A stretch of DNA of 64,000 bases from Eledone cirrhosa. Lineage: Eukaryota. The translations under genes and the position numbers were made by a program. Under the pieces are notes generated by a model. That model searched no databases. It was not told the origin of the DNA and was given only the letters and a program-made list of their open reading frames with translations. Each line of letters starts with the position of its first letter. Position 1 is the first letter of the stretch. The stretch lies in the NCBI GenBank assembly GCA_964016885.1, contig OZ024744.1, positions 131,936,001 through 132,000,000 on the forward strand, written 5' to 3'. Shown one piece after another: positions 11,666 to 23,300 of this stretch.

Positions 11666-14600
11666 TATGTTAAGTTGGGGTTAAGTTAAGTTGCGGTTAA
11701 GTTAAGTTGGGGTTATGTTAAGTTGGGGTTAAGTTAAATTGGGGTTAAGTTAAGTTGGGGTTAAGTTAAGTTGGGGTTAAGTTAAGTTGGGGTTAAGTTA
11801 GATTGTGGTTAAGTTAAGTTGGGGTTAAGTTAAGTTGGGGTTAAGTTAAGGCGGGGTTAAGTTGAGTTGGTGTTAAGTTAAGTTGGGGTTAAGTTAAGTT
11901 GGGGTTGAGTTAATTTGGGGTTAACTTAAGTTGGGGGTACTTAAGTTGGGTTTAAGTTAAGTGGGGTTAAGTTAAGTTGGGGTTAAGTTAAGTTGGGGTT
12001 AAGTTAAGTTGGGGTTAAGTTAGGTTGGGGTTAATTTAAGTTGGGGTTGAGTTAAGTTGGGGTTAAGTTAAGTTGGGTTTATATTAAGTTGGGGTTAAGT
12101 TAAGTTGGGGTTAAGTTAAGTTGGGGGTCAGTTAAGTTGCGGTTAAGTTAAGTTGGGGTAAAGTTAAGTTGGTGTTAAGTTAAGTTGGGGTTAAGTTAAG
12201 TTGGTGTTAAGTTAAGTTGGGGCTAAGTTAAGTTGGGGCTGAGTTAAGTTGGGGCTGAGTTAAGTTGGGGTTAAGTTAAGTTGGGGTTGAGTTAAGTTGG
12301 GGTTAAGTTAAGTTGGGGTTAAGTTAAGTTGGGGTTAAGTTAAGTTGGGGTTTAGTTAAGTTGGGGTTAAGTTAAGTTGGGGTTAATTTAAGTTGGGGTT
12401 AAGTTAAGTTGCGGGTAATTTAAGTTGGGGTTAAGTTAAGTTGGGGTTAAGTTAAGTTGGGGTTAAGTTGGGGTTAAATTAATTTGGGGTTAAGTTAAGT
12501 TGGGGTTTAGTTTAGTTGGGGTTAAGTTAAGTTGGGGTTAATTTAAGTTGGGGTTAAGTTAAGTTGCGGGTAATTTAAGTTGGGGTTAAGTTAAGTTGGG
12601 GTTAAGTTAAGTTGGGGTTAAGTTGGGGTTAAATTAATTTGGGGTTAAGTTAAGTTGGGGTTTAGTTTAGTTGGGGTTAAGTTAAGTTGGGGTTAATTTA
12701 AGTTGGGGTTAAGTTAAGTTGCGGGTAATTTAAGTTGGGGTTAAGTTAAGTTGGGGTTAAGTTAAGTTGGGGTTAAGTTAAGTTGGGGTTAAGTTAAGTT
12801 GGGGGTAAGGTAAGTTGGGGTCAAGTTAAGTTGGGGTTAAAATTAAGTTGGGGTTAAGTCAAGTTGGGGTTAAGTTAAGTTGGGGTTAATTTAGTTGGGG
12901 TTAAGTTAAGTTGGGGCTAAGTTAAGTTGGGGCTAAGTTAAGTTGGGGTTAAGTTAAGTTGGGGTTAAGTTAAGTTGGGGTTAATTTAAATTGGGGTTAA
13001 GTTAACTTTGTGGTTAAGTTAAGTTGGGGTTAAGTTAAGTTGGGGTTAAGTTAAGTTGGGGTTGAGTTAAGTTGGGGTTGAGTGAAGTTGGGGTTAAGTT
13101 AAGTTGGGGTTAAGTTAAGTTGGCGTTAAGTTAAGTTGGGGTTGAGTTAAGTTGGGGTTGAGTTAATTTAGGGTTAAGTTAAGTTGGGGTTAAGTTAAGT
13201 TGGGTTTAAGTTGAGTTGGGGTTAAATTAAGTTGGGGTTAAATTAAGTTGGGGTTAAGTTAAGTTGGGGGTAAGTTAAGTTGGGGTTAAGTTAAGTTGGG
13301 GTTAAGTTAAGTTGGGGTCAAGTTAAGTTGGGGTTAAAATTAAGTTGGGGTTAAGTCAAGTTGGGGTTAAGTTAAGTTGGTGTTAATTTAAGTTGGGGTT
13401 AAGTTAAGTTGGGGTTAAGTTAAGTTGGGTTTAAGTTGAGTTGGGGTTAAATTAAGTTGGGGTTAAATTAAGTTGGGGTTAAGTTAAGTTGGGGGTAAGT
13501 TAAGTTGGGGTTAAGTTAAGTTGGGGTTAAGTTAAGTTGGGGTCAAGTTAAGTTGGGGTTAAAATTAAGTTGGGGTTAAGTCAAGTTGGGGTTAAGTTAA
13601 GTTGGTGTTAATTTAAGTTGGGGCTAAGTTAAGTTGGGGTTGAGTTAAGTTGGGGTTAATTTAAATTGGGGTTAAGTTAACTTTGTGGTTAAGTTAAGTT
13701 GGGGTTAAGTTAAGTTGGGGTTGAGTTAAGTTGGGGTTGAGTGAAGTTGGGGTTAAGTTAAGTTGGGGTTAAGTTAAGTTGGCGTTAAGTTAAGTTGGGG
13801 TTGAGTTAAGTTGGGGTTGAGTTAATTTAGGGTTAAGTTACTTTGGGGTTAAGTTAAGTTGGGTTTATGGTAAGTTGGGGTTAAGTTAAGTTGGGGGTAA
13901 GTTAAGTTGGGGTTAAGTTAAGTTGGGGTTAAGTTAAGTTGGGGTTAAGTTAAGTTGGGGTCAAGTTAAGTTGGGGTTAAAATTAAGTTGGGGTTAAGTC
14001 AAGTTGGGGTTAAGTTAAGTTGGGGTTAATTTAGTTGGGGTTAAGTTAAGTTGGGGCTAAGTTAAGTTGGGGCTAAGTTAAGTTGGGGCTAACTTAAGTT
14101 GGGGTTAAGTTAAGTTGGGGTTGAGTTAAGGTGGGGTTAATTTAAGTTGGGGTCAACTTAAATTGGGGTTAAGTTAAGTTGGAGTTAAGTTATGTTGGGG
14201 TTAAGTTAAGTAGGGGTTAATTTAAGTTGGGGTTAAATTAAGTTGGTGTTAAGTTAAGTTGGGGCTAAGTTAAGTTGGGGCTGAGTTAAGTTGGGGTTGA
14301 GTTAAATTGGGGTGGAGTTAAGTTGGGGTTGAGTTAAGTTGGTGTTGAGTTATGTTGGGGTGGAGTTAAGTTGGGGTTGAGTTAAGTTGGTGTTGAGTTA
14401 TGTTGGGGTTAAGTTAAGTTGCAGTTAATTTAAGTTGAGGTTAAGTTAAGTTGGGGTTAAGTTAAGTTGGGGTTAAGTTAAGTTGGGGCTAAGTTAAGTT
14501 GGGGCTAAGTTAAGTTGGGGCTAAGTTAAGTTGGGGTTCAGTTAAGTTGGGGTTAAGTTAAGTTGGGGTTAAGTTGGGGTTAATTTAAGTTGGGGTTAAG

Positions 14601-17600
14601 TTAAGTTGGGGTTTAGTTAAGTTGGGGTTAAGTTAAGTTGGGGTTAATTTAAGTTGGGGTTAAGTTAAGTTGGGGTTAAGTTAAGTGGTGGTTATGTTAA
14701 GTTGGGGTTAAGTTAAGTTGGGATTAATTTAAATTGGGGTTAAGTTAAATTTGTGGTTAAGTTAAGTGGGGGTTAAGTTAAGTTGGGGTTAAGTTAAGTT
14801 GGGGTTGAGTTAAGTTGGGGTTGAGTGAAGTTGGGGTTAAGTTAAGTTGGGGTTAATTTAAGTTGGGGTTAAGTTAAGTCGGGGTTAAGTTAAGTTGGGG
14901 TTGAGTTAAGTTGGGGTTAATTTAAGTTGGGGCTAAGTTAATTTGTGGTTAAGTTGGGGTTAAGTTAAGTTGGGGTTAAGTTAAGTTGGGGTTGAGTTAA
15001 GTTGGGGTTAAGTTAATTTGTGGTTAAGTTAAGTTGGGGTTAAGTTAAGTTGGGGTTAAGTTAAGTTGGGTTTAAGTTAAGTTGGGGTTAAATTAAGTTG
15101 GGGTTAAGTTAGGTTGGGGGTAAGTTAAGTTGGGGTCAAGTTAAGTTGGGGTGAAAATTAAGTTGGGGTTAAGTCAAGTTGGGGTTAAGTTAAGTTGGGG
15201 TTAATTTAGTTGGGGTTAAGTTAAGTTGGGGCTAAGTTAAGTTGGGGCTAAGTTAAGTTGGGGCTAACTTAAGTTGGGGTTAAGTTAAGTTGGGGTTGAG
15301 TTAAGGTGGGGTTAATTTAAGTTGGGGTCAACTTAAATTGGGGTTAAGTTAAGTTGGGGTTAAGTTAAGTTGGGGTTAAGTTAAGTGGGGGTTAAGTTAA
15401 GTTGGGGTTAAATTAAGTTGGTGTTAAGTTAAGTTGGGGCTAAGTTAAGTTGGGGCTGAGTTAAGTTGGGGCTGAGTTAAGTTGGGGTTAAGTTAAGTTG
15501 GGGTTGAGTTAAGTTGGGGTTAAGTTAAGTTGGGGTTAAGTTAAGTTGGGGTTAAGTTAAGTTGGGGTTAAGTTAAGTTGGGGTTGAGTTAAGTTGGGGT
15601 TAAGTTAAGTTGGGGTTCAGTTAATTTGGGGTTAAGTTAAGTTGGCGTTAAGATGGGGTTAAATTAAGTTGGGGTTAAGTTAAGTTGGGGTTAAGTTAAG
15701 TTGGGGTTCAGTTAAGTTGGGGTTAAGATGGGGTTAAATTAAGTTGGGGTTAAGTTAAGTTGGGGTTAAGTTAAGTTGGGGTTAAGTTAAGTTGGGGTTA
15801 AGTTAAGTCGGGGTTAAGTTAAGTCGGGGTTAAATTAAGTTAGGGTTAATTTAAGTTGGAGTTAAGTTAAGTTGGGGTTGAGTTAAGTTGGGGTTGAGTT
15901 AAATTGGGGTGGAGTTAAGTTGGGGTTGAGTTAAGTTGGTGTTGAGTTATGTTGGGGTTAAGTTAAGTTGGGGTTAAGTTAAGTTGCAGTTAATTTAAGT
16001 TGAGGTTAAGTTAAGTTGGGGTTAAGTTAAGTTGGGGTTAAGTTAAGTTGGGGCTAAGTTAAGTTGGGGCTAAGTTAAGTTGGGGCTAAGTTAAGTTGGG
16101 GTTCAGTTAAGTTGGGGTTAAGTTAAGTTTGGGTTAAGTTGGGGTTAAATTAAGTTGGGGTTAAGTTAAGTTGGGGTTTAGTTAAGTTGGGGTTAAGTTA
16201 AGTTGGGGTCAATTTAAGTTGGGGTTAAGTTAAGTTGGGGTTAAGTTAAGTGGTGGTTATGTTAAGTTGGGGTTAAGTTAAGTTGGGATTAATTTAAATT
16301 GGGGTTAAGTTAACTTTGTGGTTAAGTTAAGTGGGGGTTAAGTTAAGTTGGGGTTAAGTTAAGTTGGGGTTGAGTTAAGTTGGGGTTGAGTGAAGTTGGG
16401 GTTAAGTTAAGTTGGGGTTAATTTAAGTTGGGGTTAAGTTAAGTCGGGGTTAAGTTAAGTTGGGGTTGAGTTAAGTTGGGGTTAATTTAAGTTGGGGCTA
16501 AGTTAATTTGTGGTTAAGTTAAGTTGGGGTTAAGTTAAGTTGGGGTTAGGTTAAGTTGGGGTTGAGTTAAGTTGGGGTTAAGTTAATTTGTGGTTAAGTC
16601 AAGTTGGGGTTAAGTTAAGTTGGGGTTAAGTTAAGTTGGGTTTAAGTTAAGTTGGGGTTAAATTAAGTTGGGGTTAAATTAAGTTGGGGTTAAGTTAGGT
16701 TGGGGGTAAGTTAAGTTGGGGGCAAGTTAAGTTGGGGTTAAGTTAAGTTGGGGTTAAATTAAGTTGGGGTTAAGTTAAGTTGGTGTTAAGTTAAGTTGGG
16801 GTTTATTTAAGTTGGGGTTAATTAAGTTGGGGTTAAGTTAAGTTGGGGTTAATTTAAGTTGGGGTTGAGTTAAGTTGGGGTTAAGTTAAGTTGGGTTTAT
16901 AATAAGTTGGGGTTAAGTTAAGTTGGGGTTAAGTTAAGTTGGGATTCAGTTAAGTTGCGGTTAAGTTAAGTTGGGGTTAAGTTAAGTTGGGGTTAAGTTA
17001 AGTTGGGGTTAAGTTAAGTTGGGGTTAAGTTAAGTTGGTGTTAAGTTAAGTTGGGGCTAAGTTAAGTTGGGGCTGAGTTAAGTTGGGGCTGAGTTAAGTT
17101 GGGGTTAAGTTAAGTTGGGGTTGAGTTAAGTTGGGGTTAAGTTAAGTTGGGGTTAAGTTAAGTTGGGGTTAAGTTAAGTTGGGGTTAAGTTAAGTTGGGG
17201 TTTAGTTAAGTTGGGGTTCAGTTAAGTTGGGGTTAAGTTAAGTTTGGGTTAAGTTGGGGTTAAATTAATTTGGGGTTAAGTTAAGTTGGGGTTTAGTTTA
17301 GTTGGGGTTAAGTTAAGTTGGGGTTAATTTAAGTTGGGGTTAAGTTAAGTTGCGGGTAATTTAAGTTGGGGTTAATTTAAGTTGGGGTTAAGTTAAGTTG
17401 GGGGTAAGTTAAGTTGGGAGTAAGTTAAGTTGGGGGTAAGTTAAGTTGGGGTTAAGTTAAGATAGGGTTAAGTTAAGTTGGGGTTGAGTTAAGTTGGGGT
17501 TAAGTTAAGTTGGAGTTACGTTAAGTTGGGGTTAAGTTAAGTTGCGGTTAAGTTAAGTTGGGGTTAAGTTAAGTTGGGGTTAAGTTAAATGGGGGTTAAG

Positions 17601-20349
17601 TTAAGTTGGGGTTAAGTTAAGTTGGGGTTAAGTTAAGTTGGGGTTAAGTTAGATTGTGGTTAAGTTAAGTTGGGGTTAAGTTAAGTTGGGGTTAAGTTAA
17701 GTTGGGGTTAAGTTAAGTTGGGGTTAAGTTGGGGTTAAGTTACGTTAGGGTTAAGTTAAGTTGGGGTTGAGTTAAGTTGGGGTTAAGTTAAGTGGTGGTT
17801 ATGTTAAGTTGGGGTTAAGTTAAATTGGGGTTAATTTAAATTGGGGTTAAGTTAACTTTGTGGTTAAGTTAAGTTGGGGTTAAGTTAAGTTGGGGTTAAT
17901 TTAAGTTGGGGTTGAGTTAAGTTGGGGTTGAGTGAAGTTGGGGTTAAGTTAAGTTGGGGTTAAGTTAAGTTGGCGTTAAGTTAAGTTGGGGTTGAGTTAA
18001 GTTGAGGTTGAGATAATTTAGGGTTAAGTTAAGTTGGGGTTAAGTTAAGTTGGGTTTAAGTTAAGTTGGGGTTAAATTAAGTTGGGGTTAAATTAAGTTG
18101 GGGTTAAGTTAAGTTGGGGGTAAGTTAAGTTGGGGTTAAGTTAAGTTGGGGTTAAGTTAAGTTGGGGTTAAGTTAGGTTGGGGTCAAGTTAAGTTGGGGT
18201 TAAGTTAAGTTGGGGTTAAGTTAAGTTGGGGTTAATTTAGTTGGGGTTAAGTTAAGTTGGGGCTAAGTTAAGTTGGGGCTAAGTTAAGTTGGGGCTAAGT
18301 TAAGTTGGGGTTAAGTTAAGTTGGGGTTAAGTTAAGTTGGGGTTAAGTTAAGTTGGGGTTAAGTTAAGTTGGTGTTAAGTTAAGTTGGGGCTAAGTTAAG
18401 TTGAGGCTGAGTTAAGTTGGGGCTGAGTTAAGTTGGGGTTAAGTTAAGTTGGGGTTGAGTTAAGTCGGGGTTAAGTTAAGTTGGGGTTAAGTTAAGTTGG
18501 GGTTAAGTTAAGTTGGGGTTAAGTTAAGTTGGGGTTAAGTTAAGTTGGGGTTGAGTTAAGTTGGGCTTAAGTTAAGTTGGGGTTAAGTTAAGTTGGGGTT
18601 CAGTTAAGTTTGGGTTAAGTTAAGTTGGGGTTAAGATGGGGTTACATTAAGTTGGGGTTTAGTTAAGTTGGGGTTAAGTTAAGTTGGGGTTAAGTTAAGT
18701 TGGGGTTAAGTTAAGTTTGGGTTAAGTTGGGGTTAAATTAATTTGGGGTTAAGTTAAGTTGGGGTTTAGTTTAGTTGGGGTTAAGTTAAGTTGGGGTTAA
18801 TTTAAGTTGGGGTTAAGTTAAGTTGCGGGTAATTTAAGTTGGGGTTAATTTAAGTTGGGGTTAAGTTAAGTTGGGGGTAAGTTAAGTTGGGAGTAAGTTA
18901 AGTTGGGGGTAAGTTAAGTTGGGGTTAAGTTAAGATAGGGTTAAGTTAAGTTGGGGTTGAGTTAAGTTGGGGTTAAGTTAAGTTGGAGTTACGTTAAGTT
19001 GGGGTTAAGTTAAGTTGCGGTTAAGTTAAGTTGGGGTTAAGTTAAGTTGGGGTTAAGTTAAGTTGGGGTTAAGTTAAATGGGGGTTAAGTTAAGTCGGGG
19101 TTAAGTTAAGTCGGGGTTAAGTTAAGTTAGGGCTAAGTTAAGTTGGAGTTAAGTTAAGTTGGGGTTGATTTAAGTTGGGGTTGAGTTAAATTAGGGTGGA
19201 GTTAAGTTGGGGTTGAGTTAAGTTGGTGTTGAGTTAAGTTAGGGTTAAGTTAAGTTGGGGTTAAGTTAAGTTGCAGTTAAGTTAAGTTGAGGTTAAGTTA
19301 AGTTGGGGTTAAGTTAAGTTTGGGTTAAGTTGGGGTTAAATTAAGTTGGGGTTAAGTTAAGTTGGGGTTTAGTTAAGTTGGGGTTAAGTTAAGTTGGGGT
19401 TAATTTAAGTTGGGGTTAAGTTAAGTTGGGGTTAAGTTAAGTGGTGGTTATGTTAAGTTGGGGTTAAGTTAAGTTGGGGTTAATTTAAATTGGGGTTAAG
19501 TTAACTTTGTGGTTAAGTTGGGGTTAAGTTAAGTTGGGGTTAAGTTAAGTTGGGGTTGAGTTAATTGGGGTTGAGTGAAGTTGGGGTTAAGTTAAGTTGG
19601 GGTTAATTTAAGTTGGGGTTAAGTTAAGTCGGGGTTAAGTTAAGTTGGGGTTGAGTTAAGTTGGGGTTAATTTAAGTTGGGGCTAATTTAATTTGTGGTT
19701 AAGTTGGGGTTAAGTTAAGTTGGGGTTAAGTTAAGTTGGGGTTGAGTTAAGTTGGGGTTGAGTTAATTTAGGGTTAAGTTAAGTTGGGGTTAAGTTAAGT
19801 TGGGTTTAAGTTAAGTTGGGGTTAAATTAAGTTGGGGTTAAGTTAAGTTGGGGGTAAGCTAAGTTGGGGGCAAGTTAAGTTGGGGTTAAGTTAAGTTGGG
19901 GTTAAATTAAGTTGGGGTTAAGTTAAGTTGGTGTTAAGTTAAGTTGGAGTTTATTTAAGTTGGGGTTAATTAAGTTGGGGTTAAGTTAAGTTGGGGTTAA
20001 GTTAAGTAGGGGTTAATTTAAGTTGGGGTTGAGTTAAGTTGGGGTTAAGTTAAATGGGTTTATATTAAGTTGGGGTTAAGTTAAGTTGGGGTTAAGTTAA
20101 GTTGGGGTTCAGTTAAGTTGCGGTTAATTTAAGTTGGGGTTAAGTTAAGTTGGGGTTAAGTTAAGTTGGGGTTAAGTTAAGTTGGGGCTAAGTTAAGTTG
20201 GGGTTAAGTTAAGTTGGTGTTAAGTTAAGTTGGGGCTAAGTTAAGTTGGGGCTGAGTTAAGTTGGGGCTGAGTTAAGTTGGGGTTAAGTTAAGTTGAGGT
20301 TGAGTTAAGTTGGGGTTAAGTTAAGTTGGGGTTAAGTTAAGTTGGGGTT

Positions 20350-23300
20350 AAGTTAAGTTGGGGTTAAGTTAAGTTGGGGTTTAGTTAAGTTGGGGTTCAG
20401 TTAAGTTGGGGTTAAGTTAAGTTTGGGTTAAGTTGGGGTTAAATTAATTTGGGGTTAAGTTAAGTTGGGGTTTAGTTAAGTTGGGGTTAAGTTAAGTTGG
20501 GGTTAATTTAAGTTTGGGTTAAGTTAAGTTGCGGGTAATTTAAGTTGGGGTTAATTTAAGTTGGGGTTAAGTTAATTTGGGGTTAAGTTAAGTTGGGGTT
20601 AAGTTAAGTTGGGGGTAAGTTAAGTTGGGGGTAAGTTAAGTTGGGGGTAAGTTAAGTTGGGGTTAAGTTAAGTTAGGGTTAAGTTAAGTTGGGGTTGAGT
20701 TAAGTTGGGGTTAAGTTAAGTTGCGGTTAAGTTAAGTTGGGGTTATGTTAAGTTGGGGTTAAGTTAAATTGGGGTTAAGTTAAGTTGGGGTTAAGTTAAG
20801 TTGGGGTTAAGTTAAGTTGGGGTTAAGTTAAGTTGGGGTTAAGTTAAGGCGGGGTTAAGTTGAGTTGGTGTTAAGTTAAGTTGGGGTTAAGTTAAGTTGG
20901 GGTTGAGTTAATTTGGGGTTAACTTAAGTTGGGGGTACTTAAGTTGGGTTTAAGTTAAGTGGGGTTAAGTTAAGTTGGGGTTAAGTTAAGTTGGGGTTAA
21001 GTTAAGTTGGGGTTAAGTTAGGTTGTGGTTAAGTTAAGTTGGGGGTAAGTTAAGTTGGGGGTAAGTTAAGTTCGGGTTAATTTAAGTTGGGTCTAATTAA
21101 GTTGGGGTTAAGTTAAGTTGGGGTTAAGTTAAGTTGGGGTTGAGTTAATTTGGGGTTAACTTAAGTTGGGGGTACTTAAGTTGGGTTTAAGTTAAGTTGG
21201 GGGTAAGTTAAGTTGGGGGTAAGTTAAGTTGGGGTTAATTTAAGTTGGGTCAAATTAAGTTGGGGTTAAGTTAAGTTGGGGTTAAGTTAAGTTAGGGTTA
21301 AATTAAGTTGGGGTTAATTTAAGTTGGGGTTAAATTAAGTTGGCGCTAAGTTAATTTGTGGTTAAGTTAAGTTGGGGTTAAGTTAAGTTGGGATTAAGTT
21401 AAGTTGGGGTTGAGTTAAGTTGGGGTTGAGTTAATTTAGGGTTAAGTTAAGTTGGGGTTAAGTTAAGTTGGGTTTAAGTTAAGTTGGGGTTAAATTAAGT
21501 TGGGGTTAAATTAAGTTGGGGTTAAGTTAGGTTGGGGGTAAGTTAAGTTGGGGGCAAGTTAAGTTGGGGTTAAGTTAAGTTGGGGTTAAATTAAGTTGGG
21601 GTTAAGTTAAGTTGGTGTTAAGTTAAGTTGGGGTTTATTTAAGTTGGGGTTAATTAAGTTGGGGTTAAGGTAAGTTGGGTTTAAGTTAAGTTGGGGTTAA
21701 TTTAAGTTGGGGTTGAGTTAAGTTGGGGTTAAGTTAAGTTGGGTTTATATTAAGTTGGGGTTAAGTTAAGTTGGGGTTAAGTTAAGTTGGGGTTCAGTTA
21801 AGTTGCGGTTAAGTTAAGTTGGGGTAAAGTTAAGTTGGTGTTAAGTTAAGTTGGGGTTAAGTTAAGTTGGTGTTAAGTTAAGTTGGGGCTAAGTTAAGTT
21901 GGGGCTGAGTTAAGTTGGGGTTAAGTTAAGTTGGGGTTAAGTTAAGTTGGGGTTTAGTTAAGTTGGGGTTCAGTTAAGTTGGGGTTAAGTTAAGTTTGGG
22001 TTAAGTTGGAGTTAAATTAATTTGGGGTTAAGTTAAGTTGGGGTTTAGTTTAGTTGGGGTTAAATTAAGTTGGGGTTAATTTAAGTTGGGGTTAAGTTAA
22101 GTTGCGGGTAATTTAAGTTGGGGTTAAGTTAAGTTGGGGGTAAGTTAAGTTGGGGGTAAGTTAAGTTGGGGGTTAGTTAAGTTGGGGTTAAATTAAGTTA
22201 GGGTTAAGTTAAGTTGGGGTTGAGTTAAGTTGGGGTTAAGTTAAGTTGGGGTTATGTTAAGTTGGGGTTAAGTTAAGTTGGGGTTAAGTTAAATTGGGGT
22301 TAAGTTAAGTTGGGGTTAAGTTAAGTTGGGGTTAAGTTAAGTTGGGGTTAAGTTAGATTGTGGTTAAGTTAAGTTGGGGTTAAGTTAAGTTGGGGTTAAG
22401 TTGGGGTTAAGTTAAGTTAGGGTTAAGTTAAGTTGGGGTTGAGTTAAGTTGGGGTTAAGTTAAGTGGTGGTTATGTTAAGTTGGGGTTAAGTTAAGTTGG
22501 GGTTAATTTAAATTGGGGTTAAGTTAACTTTGTGGTTAAGTTAAGTTGGGGTTAAGTTAAGTTGGGGTTAAGTTAAGTTGGGGTTGAGTTAAGTTGGGGT
22601 TGAGTGAAGTTGGCGTTAAGTTAAGTTGGGGTTAAGTTAAGTTAGGGTTAAGTTAAGTTGGGGTTCAGTTAAGTTGCGGTTAAGTTAAGTTGGGGTAAAG
22701 TTAAGTTGGTGTTAATTAAGTTGGGGTTAAGTTAAGTTGGTGTTAAGTTAAGTTGGGGCTAAGTTAAGTTGGGGTTGAGTTAAGTTGGGGTTAAGTTAAG
22801 TTGGGGTTATGTTAAGTTGGGGTTAAGTTAAGTTGGAGTTAAGTTAAGTTGGGGTTGATTTAAGTTGGGGTTGAGTTAAATTAGGGTGGAGTTAAGATGG
22901 GGTTGAGTTAAGTTGGTGTTGAGTTAAGTTAGGGTTAAGTTAAGTTGGGGTTAAGTTAAGTTGCAGTTAAGTTAAGTTGAGGTTAAGTTAAGTTGAGGTT
23001 AAGTTAAGTTGGGGTTAAGTTAAGTTTGGGTTAAGTTGGGGTTAAATTAAGTTGGGGTTAAGTTAAGTTGGGGTTTAGTTAAGTTGGGGTTCAGTTAAGT
23101 TGGGGTTAAGTTAAGTTTGGGTTAAGTTGGGGTTAAATTAATTTGGGGTTAAGTTAAGTTGGGGTTTAGTTAAGTTGGGGTTAAGTTAAGTTGGGGTTAA
23201 TTTAAGTTTGGGTTAAGTTAAGTTGCGGGTAATTTAAGTTGGGGTTAATTTAAGTTGGGGTTAAGTTAATTTGGGGTTAAGTTAAGTTGGGGTTAAGTTA

